Shown here one piece after another: positions 37,596-45,227 of a stretch of 64,000 bases of DNA. The position numbers and the translations under genes are program-made. The DNA is taken from positions 64,803-128,802 of the IMG/VR virus record IMGVR_UViG_3300008262_000042; one strand, 5' to 3'. The notes under the pieces are model-generated. The model was not told where the DNA came from. It saw only the letters and a list, made by a program, of their open reading frames with translations, and ran no database searches. Source of the DNA: a virus. Its lineage: Duplodnaviria > Heunggongvirae > Uroviricota > Caudoviricetes. Within the stretch, counting starts at the first letter, position 1; each line of letters opens with the position of its first letter.

Positions 37596-37889
37596 CTAAA
37601 AAAAGCCGCTAGGAGGAGTTGATAACTCTTCAGGAGTATCATTTCCAAATATAGTTTGAAGAACTAAATCAGAACGAAGCGACGGAAAATCTTTTTCAAT
37701 AGCAGCTCCTAAAGCATCGTAATCTTTATTAGCAATTAAGCTTGAATATTTTTTGGTTATATAATTTATTACTGGAGCCATAAAATCCTCTTCACTATGC
37801 ATCTCCCCCATCATTTCCATATTCCTATCTTCCTTAATAATACCAGCTAATTGCTGCATTCTTTTTGTTTCGTTAAGTTGTTGTTTCAT
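37596..37889 (-). CDS. LAGI-leader protein 1
   Basis: Starts MKQQLNETKRMQQLAGIIKE. Confidence 0.75.
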   Translation of the reverse strand: MKQQLNETKRMQQLAGIIKEDRNMEMMGEMHSEEDFMAPVINYITKKYSSLIANKDYDALGAAIEKDFPSLRSDLVLQTIFGNDTPEELSTPPSGFF

Positions 37890-37901
37890 ATTTTTATTAT
37901 T

Positions 37902-38207
37902 TTATATATGTGATAATGGTCCTCTACCGCCTGCTGGATCTAATTCATCATCCCACATACTATCAATAGCATCGTCTTCATCTGATGTATATGTATCTTC
38001 TATTCCTAGTAAACCATTTAATAATTCTTCTCTATTTGCTAATCCTCCTTCTCCATCAATAACAATAAATTCTTCCATTCCATCTTGTTTCGCCCATTTA
38101 ATAAGATCAGCATCAGACATACTATCATATCTTGATAAATCAGCTCCTTCTTTTAAGATACCTGCTAGTTGCTGCATTCTTTTTGCTTCATTAATATATT
38201 TCTTCAT
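37902..38207 (-). CDS. LAGI-leader protein 2
   Basis: Starts MKKYINEAKRMQQLAGILKE at 38207 (track start 38264 is probably too far upstream, judged from the repeated leader). Confidence 0.75.
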   Translation of the reverse strand: MKKYINEAKRMQQLAGILKEGADLSRYDSMSDADLIKWAKQDGMEEFIVIDGEGGLANREELLNGLLGIEDTYTSDEDDAIDSMWDDELDPAGGRGPLSHI

Positions 38208-38229
38208 ATTTTTATTATTTTGTATATTT

Positions 38230-38487
38230 TTATTTTTGAAATCCATCTTTTGAATACTTCTCAAAATAATCTCTAGCTAAATCAAAAGCCATAATTGATA
38301 TATCATCAGCCATTTTTTTATCAAATGGTTTTCCAATAATAGATTTTAAATACGTATCAATTTTTTTATATGTAGGAAGCCGAAGCCGATTTTTATGTAT
38401 TGGAGATATTACTTCATTTAATTGAGATTGTTTATCAACGCCAGCTAACTCTTGCAGTCTTTTAGTTTCATTAATTTCTTGTTTCAT
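38230..38487 (-). CDS. LAGI-leader protein 3
   Basis: Starts MKQEINETKRLQELAGVDKQSQLNE. Confidence 0.75.
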   Translation of the reverse strand: MKQEINETKRLQELAGVDKQSQLNEVISPIHKNRLRLPTYKKIDTYLKSIIGKPFDKKMADDISIMAFDLARDYFEKYSKDGFQK

Positions 38488-38499
38488 ATTTTTATTATT

Positions 38500-39111
38500 T
38501 TATACTACTTTAATACCAATTTTATTAGCTACTGTTTTAGCAATTCCAATAATCTCAGTAGCTTTAATTCCACCTAATGTAGCCTCTATTGCCTTAATCA
38601 CTGGTGATGCTGGTGATAATATTGTTTTTAATGCAGTACCTGCTGCGAGTGCTAGTATTAATGCAAATATTACTTTTGCGACAAGTTCTAGCTTTTCTTC
38701 ATCAACTTGTTTTTCTTTTTTCCAAAGATTTTCTAAAAATCCAGTATATTTTACTGCTTTTTTTATTATTGTTATATATAATTTTTCCCACTTATGTGCA
38801 AACTTTTCAATAGATTTAGCGATTTGACTTTCATCTTTTTTAGAAAAAGTTTTAACTAAATAATTTATAGATTTCGCTATCCATTCAATTATTTTAGGTG
38901 CGGCTAATAAACCACTAGCAACCATTGCGCCTAAAGCTTCATTTATTTGCCCTTCTTTTTTAGGTTGTTTAGCTTTATATCCTTCTAAAATAGATAAATT
39001 TGATTTTAGAGCAGTATACGCATCTGACATACCTTTGTCTACTTCGCTATCGACTTCTGCTTCTGATAATGTCTCTAATATTAAGTGTTTTACGAAAAGT
39101 TTATTATTCAT
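38500..39111 (-). CDS. Head-associated protein with hydrophobic helices
   Basis: LILETLSE leader (start MNNKL at 39111 preferred over 39129); QINE|ALGAMVASGLLAAP and VIFALILALAAG hydrophobic segments. Confidence 0.6.
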   Translation of the reverse strand: MNNKLFVKHLILETLSEAEVDSEVDKGMSDAYTALKSNLSILEGYKAKQPKKEGQINEALGAMVASGLLAAPKIIEWIAKSINYLVKTFSKKDESQIAKSIEKFAHKWEKLYITIIKKAVKYTGFLENLWKKEKQVDEEKLELVAKVIFALILALAAGTALKTILSPASPVIKAIEATLGGIKATEIIGIAKTVANKIGIKVV

Positions 39112-39122
39112 GTTATATATTT

Positions 39123-39716
39123 TTACCATTTACGACAACTCCAATATCTAGGTGTTGTTCTATCTTTAGCTGTATGACATTTATGCCTTGCTCTAAATGA
39201 TTTTCTTCTTTTTGGGTTACTTTTTTTTATTTTTACGCCTTTTTGTCCAAAATTAACTTTTACAACTTTACCTTTTTTATTTTTTACATATACTTTAAAC
39301 TTTTTAACGTCACCTTTCATAGGCTTACCTAATGGCACTTTTCTACCTTTATATTCAGCTTCAAGCATTAGATTTGACATTTGCTGTATGTACTCTTTTA
39401 AGCACTCAGAACAGAATTCACCTTCGTTTAATTCCTCTTCTAACCCAGCTGCTTGCAATTTATCGTAATAATTTGGATCTTCTGCTAAATGATCTAAGGC
39501 AATTTTTAGTGCAGTCTTCCTATCACTGGTATGTTCCATCTCAACTTCTATGCCTTTCTTTATTTGTTGTAAATTAGGCTGATTTTGTTCATCTATTGGT
39601 ACACAGTTCGGAACAGTCTTTCCATCTTTCTCTTTAGTTCCTATAGGTTCATACCCTCTCCAACATGGATTTTCTCCATTTAGATCTTCGTTTAGTGTAT
39701 TAATAATGCTTATCAC
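39123..39716 (-). CDS. Three-module head-associated protein
   Basis: CW.GY...G.K.K.GK.VPNCVP module; KGIEVEMEHT...IALDHL.EDP.YY.KL (recalled as DUF5661-like); V.KVNFG...RRKSFRARHKC...YWSC..W (recalled as DUF6321-like). Confidence 0.65.
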   Translation of the reverse strand: MISIINTLNEDLNGENPCWRGYEPIGTKEKDGKTVPNCVPIDEQNQPNLQQIKKGIEVEMEHTSDRKTALKIALDHLAEDPNYYDKLQAAGLEEELNEGEFCSECLKEYIQQMSNLMLEAEYKGRKVPLGKPMKGDVKKFKVYVKNKKGKVVKVNFGQKGVKIKKSNPKRRKSFRARHKCHTAKDRTTPRYWSCRKW

Positions 39717-40088
39717 TTATTGTAAATTTATAAGTTTATATTTTGTAGTTTCTATTAATGATACTACTTCATCCACTTGATTTTGAATATATGAATCTTG
39801 GGGTATTTGTTTTCTTATTACTTCAACAAACTTACAAAGAGTTTCAAAATAAGCAACTGCGTTGCCATCTTCTTTTATTGTACCCGCCATATTATATCCA
39901 GTAATTATTCCATAACGACCTTGCCAACCTTCTGCTAAAGCATCCACTAAAGGCACTATATCTTCATAATAAGCTTGAAGTGCTAAATGAGCTGCATGAG
40001 AACCTGGTCCTGTTGCTTGCAAATGATACACATGGGCTTGATTTCTGCTTTGCATCAATGTACCTAATAAAAGTCCTATGTTTTCCAT
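39717..40088 (-). CDS. Ferritin/Dps-like four-helix protein (DUF5856-like)
   Basis: QAHVYHLQ...S.AAH.AL..YYE.I..LVD..AE..QG.YG; NQVDE...LI..T.YKL..L. Confidence 0.7.
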   Translation of the reverse strand: MENIGLLLGTLMQSRNQAHVYHLQATGPGSHAAHLALQAYYEDIVPLVDALAEGWQGRYGIITGYNMAGTIKEDGNAVAYFETLCKFVEVIRKQIPQDSYIQNQVDEVVSLIETTKYKLINLQ

Positions 40089-40100
40089 TGTAATTATTTT

Positions 40101-40469
40101 TTAATATCTTTTGTACCAATTTTTATCTCCACCGTGGTTTTTATCAAATGCTAATAAAAACGATTTTAGTGCTTTTGCTTTTTCCAATGCTTTTGATTGG
40201 TCGTCACCACTAAAATATACTCGTTTTATTTGTGCCTCCAATTTGCCACTACGAATATCATCTACTTTAAAACTATCTCTTGGAAATAAACTTGCAAACT
40301 TAAATATATCGTCCGAAGTTAATCCTGATGCTTTTACATCTTTCATAGCTGCTTGGATTTCTTTTTCATCCTCATATGCAGATTCTGCATTTTTTTTCAT
40401 AAACTTAACAGCACTTGCTAATTTTGAATTTGTTGCGAAAGATTCAGATAATAGGTCTATTAGTTTCAT
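40101..40469 (-). CDS. Hypothetical protein with MKLIDLLSE leader
   Basis: Leader matches neighbours; the remainder is helical and unassigned. Confidence 0.65.
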   Translation of the reverse strand: MKLIDLLSESFATNSKLASAVKFMKKNAESAYEDEKEIQAAMKDVKASGLTSDDIFKFASLFPRDSFKVDDIRSGKLEAQIKRVYFSGDDQSKALEKAKALKSFLLAFDKNHGGDKNWYKRY

Positions 40470-40478
40470 TTATTTATT

Positions 40479-40850
40479 TTAATAGTTTAGTCTAGTTTCT
40501 ATTTTATTTCGTAGCGACTTTAGATTTTGTATAGTGTCATCTATGTCATTCAGCTGTTGTCCGTATCTGTTCGCGTCCTCGTCTGACCAATCTTCTCCTT
40601 TCTCACCAGCTTCTTCTTCCATATCGATAAATAATGCATGTCTTTGTTGTATTGCTGACTTAATATCATCATTTATGTCGATTAATTTATCTTCCAATGC
40701 TTGTCTTTTCTTACCATAAATCCGTTTTTTTGCGGCAGCCTTTTGAGCAGAAAGCTTTTTATCTCTACTGAATTTAGAAGCTCTAGTGGCCATGAGCACT
40801 GGATCATTAAAATCACCGTATTCGTTCATTAGCTCTGTTAACTTTATCAT
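40479..40850 (-). CDS. Hypothetical coiled-coil protein with MIKLTELMNE leader
   Basis: Leader; D.NDPVLM..RA motif; EMEEEA..GE.W.D.DA.RYG..LN. Confidence 0.65.
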   Translation of the reverse strand: MIKLTELMNEYGDFNDPVLMATRASKFSRDKKLSAQKAAAKKRIYGKKRQALEDKLIDINDDIKSAIQQRHALFIDMEEEAGEKGEDWSDEDANRYGQQLNDIDDTIQNLKSLRNKIETRLNY

Positions 40851-41455
40851 TTTTTGTCTTTTTTATCTTCTTTCTTTTCTTCAGCCTTTTTGCTCTTCTC
40901 GATCTTTTCTAACTTTGTTATATAATCATCGATTCTTGTAGCTAAATCAGCAATCGCAGTTTTATGTTCACTAGCAGTCTTTGGATTTTCTTTCATCGCA
41001 TCCATGTGCTCTTTACGCTTCTTCTCAAGCTTATCTATAGCTTTTTTTATCTTCTCTGTAGTAGTACCTTTCTTTTCTTCTAACATTTTTTGACCTTCTT
41101 CGTACTCTTGGCACATTCTTTCAGCCATCATTCCTGCAGAATCAGCATCAGGATATACCCCGTGCACTTGGTCAGGACTTAACTGTAAATCCGATATACC
41201 ATTAAGCGGATTAATTGGCGCTACCAGATTGTCTCTGGTGCAGCCCTGATCAGGTTTCTTAACTACAAACAATTGAGAAATAGATCCATCGTCCATTCCT
41301 TCTTTTTTTGGCTTCGAAGCCATTTTTTCTAGTTCTTTTTCACTAGTATTCTTAGCTATATTTGATACTTTTTTACTCACTGGTTTTGATTCTCCACGTT
41401 TAGCTGATAATGCTGCACCAAATAGTTTTCTTTGCGGTTCGCTTGTCGCTGGCAT
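40847..41455 (-). CDS. Head-associated protein with DUF3008-like N-terminus
   Basis: MPATSEPQRKLFGAALSAKRGE (recalled MPA.S..Q...G...A.KGE family); start at 41455 preferred, 17 nt from the upstream motif. Confidence 0.6.
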   Translation of the reverse strand: MPATSEPQRKLFGAALSAKRGESKPVSKKVSNIAKNTSEKELEKMASKPKKEGMDDGSISQLFVVKKPDQGCTRDNLVAPINPLNGISDLQLSPDQVHGVYPDADSAGMMAERMCQEYEEGQKMLEEKKGTTTEKIKKAIDKLEKKRKEHMDAMKENPKTASEHKTAIADLATRIDDYITKLEKIEKSKKAEEKKEDKKDKK

Positions 41456-41478
41456 AATAATTGTTTTATCTATAAATA

Positions 41479-42051
41479 TCAACCGTTTTCTTCCTTTATT
41501 TTGGTTAACTGTTTTTTTAGTTGATCATATATTTCTTTTTTATTACCACCTTTCCATGTCTCTACATCTCCAGCTTCAGTAATAAAAGACTCGTTTTCAT
41601 TGTACCATGCCTCTAACGCTTGTTCTACATCACCTAAATATACGTTATGATTATTAGATAGTACACCTTTTGTATACTCTTCCCAATTACCGCTTAACTT
41701 TATTTTTTGTTCTTTTTCTAAAACGCAATCAAAGCATGTAGAGTGAATAGCATACATTTTTTTATTCAAATCATTAAGTTTCATTGGTTTATTACAGTTT
41801 GGACAACATAATGGAAGCACTACTAACTTCTTAAATCGATCCATAACAGTTACGGTTTGCTTAATTCCATTTTTTATAGTCCACTTTTTACCGCTTTCTT
41901 CCCAAATATCTCCCTCTTTGTGTTCTATTTCTTGTTTTTGATAACCAGAAAGTACTTGTGTTCTATCACCAGCTTTACCTGTTATGATATTGCGCATTCG
42001 TTGTACGTCTTTTTTACTAAATTCTCTCTTTAAGTTTGATTGTTCTTTCAT
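41479..42051 (-). CDS. Zinc-finger protein
   Basis: CPNCNKPM...HSTCFDC, preceded by HKEGDIWEE.GK.WTIKNG.KQ. Confidence 0.6.
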   Translation of the reverse strand: MKEQSNLKREFSKKDVQRMRNIITGKAGDRTQVLSGYQKQEIEHKEGDIWEESGKKWTIKNGIKQTVTVMDRFKKLVVLPLCCPNCNKPMKLNDLNKKMYAIHSTCFDCVLEKEQKIKLSGNWEEYTKGVLSNNHNVYLGDVEQALEAWYNENESFITEAGDVETWKGGNKKEIYDQLKKQLTKIKEENG

Positions 42052-42066
42052 AACAGTATTTTATTT

Positions 42067-42306
42067 TTATTGTTTATGCCACCAGTCGCAGCAGTATTGA
42101 TTACCTGCATGTGGTATTTTAGCTTTTCCTTTATTCCACTTTAACCAGTATTCATTTTTACACATATTACCATCTTTTATCCAATATTCACAATTAGCGC
42201 ACATTGAGCCGCCAGTTGGTACTTTTAAGCCTGGCTTATGATCATCTGGATATTCAATTGATCCAAGTTTTTTGCTTTCTTCTAATATTTTAGTTAGTTT
42301 TATCAT
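42067..42306 (-). CDS. Small Cys-rich HiPIP-like protein with MIKLTKILEE leader
   Basis: CANCEYW.....C...YCCDWW spacing. Confidence 0.5.
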   Translation of the reverse strand: MIKLTKILEESKKLGSIEYPDDHKPGLKVPTGGSMCANCEYWIKDGNMCKNEYWLKWNKGKAKIPHAGNQYCCDWWHKQ

Positions 42307-43195
42307 TTTTATCTAATGTTTGTAGTATGTGAGAAGTATTTGATTCATTTTCATGTTTAATTCCTATACCACCCATCGCCATCCAAGGTTTTAAATTAAC
42401 TGAATAATCATCTATTAATACAGAATGCTCTATTTCTACTTGAGATTTACCTACTAATACGGTATGCTTATCCCCTGTCTGTTTAAATATTATTTTTTTA
42501 GGTTGTGGATTTAAGTGTTTCTTTATCCATAGCAGCTTTCCTTCTTTTGCAGCTGAAAAATTGCTAGGGCTTGATAGTATGTTTACTCCAAACTTACCTA
42601 TTCTGCTCCAAAGTTTTTCACTATTAGGAAACCATGGCATAGTAGACCAAAATTCTATCCCACCTTCTTCTATAGCATTCTCAAATGATTTTTCTCCTCG
42701 ATCTTGTATGTATTCTTTTGGATTTAAACCAAAGTAGTGATCAAATTGAGCATCAAAATCGCAAAGAACTCCATCCATATCACAATATAACTCATATTTT
42801 TGTAAATCCTCTCTAAGAATAGACATATCTACTCTTTCATATATGATAGGATTGACTTTTCCGTAATTTCTAAGTAAAATTCCAGCTTTTGAGTTAGCCT
42901 CATTCTCAATATCAGACCCAGTTTCACCCGATTCTTGAGTTAATAGTCCATTTTCATTCTGGCTATGATGTACTAATTCATGTGCCAATGTTCTTAATAC
43001 ATCAGCGATATTTCTATTGTTTATATATACAATAATACTTTGTTGAGAAGGTACATATCCACCAAAACTATGATTAGTAGTTGCAAATTTCTTATCAGTA
43101 GTGAAATCTATCTTAGGCGCTTGTTTTATGCCTAATTCTCTATAACAATACTTTAAAAAGTCAGTATAAATCGATATTCTTTGTTGATCTTCCAT
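42290..43195 (-). CDS. Zincin (HExxH) + HAD 5'(3')-deoxyribonucleotidase fusion
   Basis: RTLAHELVHH.Q..E.EAN; then ILRE|D..LYCDMDGVLCDF...ILSSP...K..W..VLIDD...N...W...GG.GI.H. Confidence 0.75.
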   Translation of the reverse strand: MEDQQRISIYTDFLKYCYRELGIKQAPKIDFTTDKKFATTNHSFGGYVPSQQSIIVYINNRNIADVLRTLAHELVHHSQNENGLLTQESGETGSDIENEANSKAGILLRNYGKVNPIIYERVDMSILREDLQKYELYCDMDGVLCDFDAQFDHYFGLNPKEYIQDRGEKSFENAIEEGGIEFWSTMPWFPNSEKLWSRIGKFGVNILSSPSNFSAAKEGKLLWIKKHLNPQPKKIIFKQTGDKHTVLVGKSQVEIEHSVLIDDYSVNLKPWMAMGGIGIKHENESNTSHILQTLDKNDKTN

Positions 43196-43201
43196 ACACT
43201 A

Positions 43202-44254
43202 CTAAAATGATGTACCTAATCCTCTTAAAATAAATGAACCCGTTATCTTAAAGGGCTTATCATATATACTTTTATCTCTTATTACGATGCCCTCTTGTTG
43301 ATCTACGTCTCCAAGTGGACTTTCCATTGATTTTAATACTGAATCGCCTAATTGCATTGTTGCTAGATAGGTAACATATCCATCTATTGCACTCTTGTAT
43401 TCGTTTTTATTTGCTACTAATTTATCTAAAGGCGTTCCATTCTTTATAGCAACAAATACCTGCTTACTTAAAGCATCTACTTTTTTACCATCTGCTAAGG
43501 TTATTTTTACGCCTTTAGGAACTTTAGTAGTTTTTAACCAATCTTTTAAACTTTTAGTCTCTTTTTTATCTTTTGTGTAATTAACTGTGTAAGATTTTGA
43601 TAATTCACTTGAAAAGTTTGGCTCATTTTTAAAAGTAGCTGGTATAGATCCTAATACTTCAAAATCCTTTGACTTAGCTATAGGACCCATCTTTTTTATC
43701 ATCGAATCTAAAGCTTTTTTATCATAAGATGTCTCTTTTGCAGCTCTTCTAGTTGGAGTAACTTGCTCTATTTTTAAAAGACCATGTATTGCTAAGAAGT
43801 TTTTACCATAATCTTGAACATTAGTCTTTCCTGATACATATTCTATATTTAGTAGTATATTTGGATCATTAAGTAGACCTAAAACCTGTAGCTCTTTGGT
43901 TATTTTTGGTAAAGACTCATTAAATATGTCTAATACCTCTCCTCCAATCTTAACCATACCATGACCAGGCGCAAATCTATCTTCTAAGTCAGCTTTAGTT
44001 ATACCTTTTACGTCTAAAGGCTTATTAGAGCCTCTATCCATAACAAATTGTTGTTTTCCGTCTAATTTAACTAACCTAACTGATGCATTTACTCCATCTA
44101 TTTTAACCGATGCGGGATTTTTTTGTAATGATTTTACTGCATATATAAAAGACTTTAGTAACTCATTTCCAGTATTTACTTGAGGTAAATCGAATGGATG
44201 TGCCATATGACCACCAGTTCCACCTTCGCTTAATAAAATTTTAATTAAATTCAT
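43202..44254 (-). CDS. Ligase-like covalent nucleotidyltransferase (DUF6267-like)
   Basis: SVKIDG (motif I), NIEY (III), FLAIHG (IIIa), EGIVIR (IV), FKITG (V); N-terminal LLSE|GGTGGHMAHPFD. Confidence 0.65.
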   Translation of the reverse strand: MNLIKILLSEGGTGGHMAHPFDLPQVNTGNELLKSFIYAVKSLQKNPASVKIDGVNASVRLVKLDGKQQFVMDRGSNKPLDVKGITKADLEDRFAPGHGMVKIGGEVLDIFNESLPKITKELQVLGLLNDPNILLNIEYVSGKTNVQDYGKNFLAIHGLLKIEQVTPTRRAAKETSYDKKALDSMIKKMGPIAKSKDFEVLGSIPATFKNEPNFSSELSKSYTVNYTKDKKETKSLKDWLKTTKVPKGVKITLADGKKVDALSKQVFVAIKNGTPLDKLVANKNEYKSAIDGYVTYLATMQLGDSVLKSMESPLGDVDQQEGIVIRDKSIYDKPFKITGSFILRGLGTSF

Positions 44255-44270
44255 ATTTTTATTTTATATC

Positions 44271-45212
44271 TTAAAGGAAATACTTTTTATAGATTTTATC
44301 CAAATACTGCATTTCTTTATCATTTAGCTTTTTAGCAATTAATTTTTTCCAATTACCAATTTGTATATTTTGAGGTTGCTTTAAAAAATCTAGAATTTCT
44401 GGATCATCTTTTAATTTATTGATAATGGGTAGCACCTCTCTCTTGAATCTAAATTTTTTCCACGCTGTTTTTAAATTATTGAACCATCCTTTAAGAATAG
44501 ATGCATTAGGATCATCCATCCATGTACCAATATCAGCACTTAATATTACTCCACCCATAATAGCTAAAGTTATTAGCCCATGACTAAGATCTTCTTCTAA
44601 TAATTCCATAAGACTTATTCTTTCTTCTTTCATATGAAATTTAGATTTAATCATTTTCTCTATTTTTGGATCATACCAACCAAATATACTTTTAAATTCA
44701 TCTGGTGTTGATTTAGGATTAGATAACACTGAACGTATACTTGTTCCGCTCATCTCTTGTCCATCTGGTGTTTTAAGAGATACGTGAGGAGCTACTATTA
44801 AATAACCATGTTTTGTAAAAGGCTGCATTTTCTTACCTTGTTCATACTTTCTAAAATATCCGGGCGTTCCATCTTTCTTTACGCCTATCTTAAATCTTGG
44901 ATCCTCTTCCATATCTTTTTTACCTACCATAAAAACAATGGCAGTAGTCTCTGGATCATACTTTGAAGTTACTTCTTCTGCTTTATATGGGTTTTTAACT
45001 CTAACAATATTGTCTCCAAATCCATATTTGCTCGCAATTGTAGCTTTTTCTGAAAAGTTTAATGGACTTTTAGGCATTTCTACCTTATCAGAAGTCACTA
45101 TGTAAGAGTTTTCTTTACCAAACTTGTCTTGAAGCCACTTAAATGTAGCGGCATGGTGTCTTCCCATAGGTTGGAATCTGCCTGGATATACAGCTATTAC
45201 TTTATTTACCAT
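44271..45212 (-). CDS. HIGH-superfamily (cytidylyl/NMN adenylyl) nucleotidyltransferase with C-terminal extension
   Basis: VYPGRFQPMGRHH, SPLNFSEK, FMVG.KD, MSGTSIR; extension after LMELLEE with a hydrophobic helix. Confidence 0.75.
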   Translation of the reverse strand: MVNKVIAVYPGRFQPMGRHHAATFKWLQDKFGKENSYIVTSDKVEMPKSPLNFSEKATIASKYGFGDNIVRVKNPYKAEEVTSKYDPETTAIVFMVGKKDMEEDPRFKIGVKKDGTPGYFRKYEQGKKMQPFTKHGYLIVAPHVSLKTPDGQEMSGTSIRSVLSNPKSTPDEFKSIFGWYDPKIEKMIKSKFHMKEERISLMELLEEDLSHGLITLAIMGGVILSADIGTWMDDPNASILKGWFNNLKTAWKKFRFKREVLPIINKLKDDPEILDFLKQPQNIQIGNWKKLIAKKLNDKEMQYLDKIYKKYFL

Positions 45213-45227
45213 ATAAATAAATATACA

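Larger units (their letters stand above)
37830..38500 (-). repeat. Three direct repeats of translation-initiation region plus leader codons
   Basis: Identical 16-mer catatttttattattt at 37887, 38205 and 38485, each adjoining ~55 bp of similar leader-coding DNA. Confidence 0.85.
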
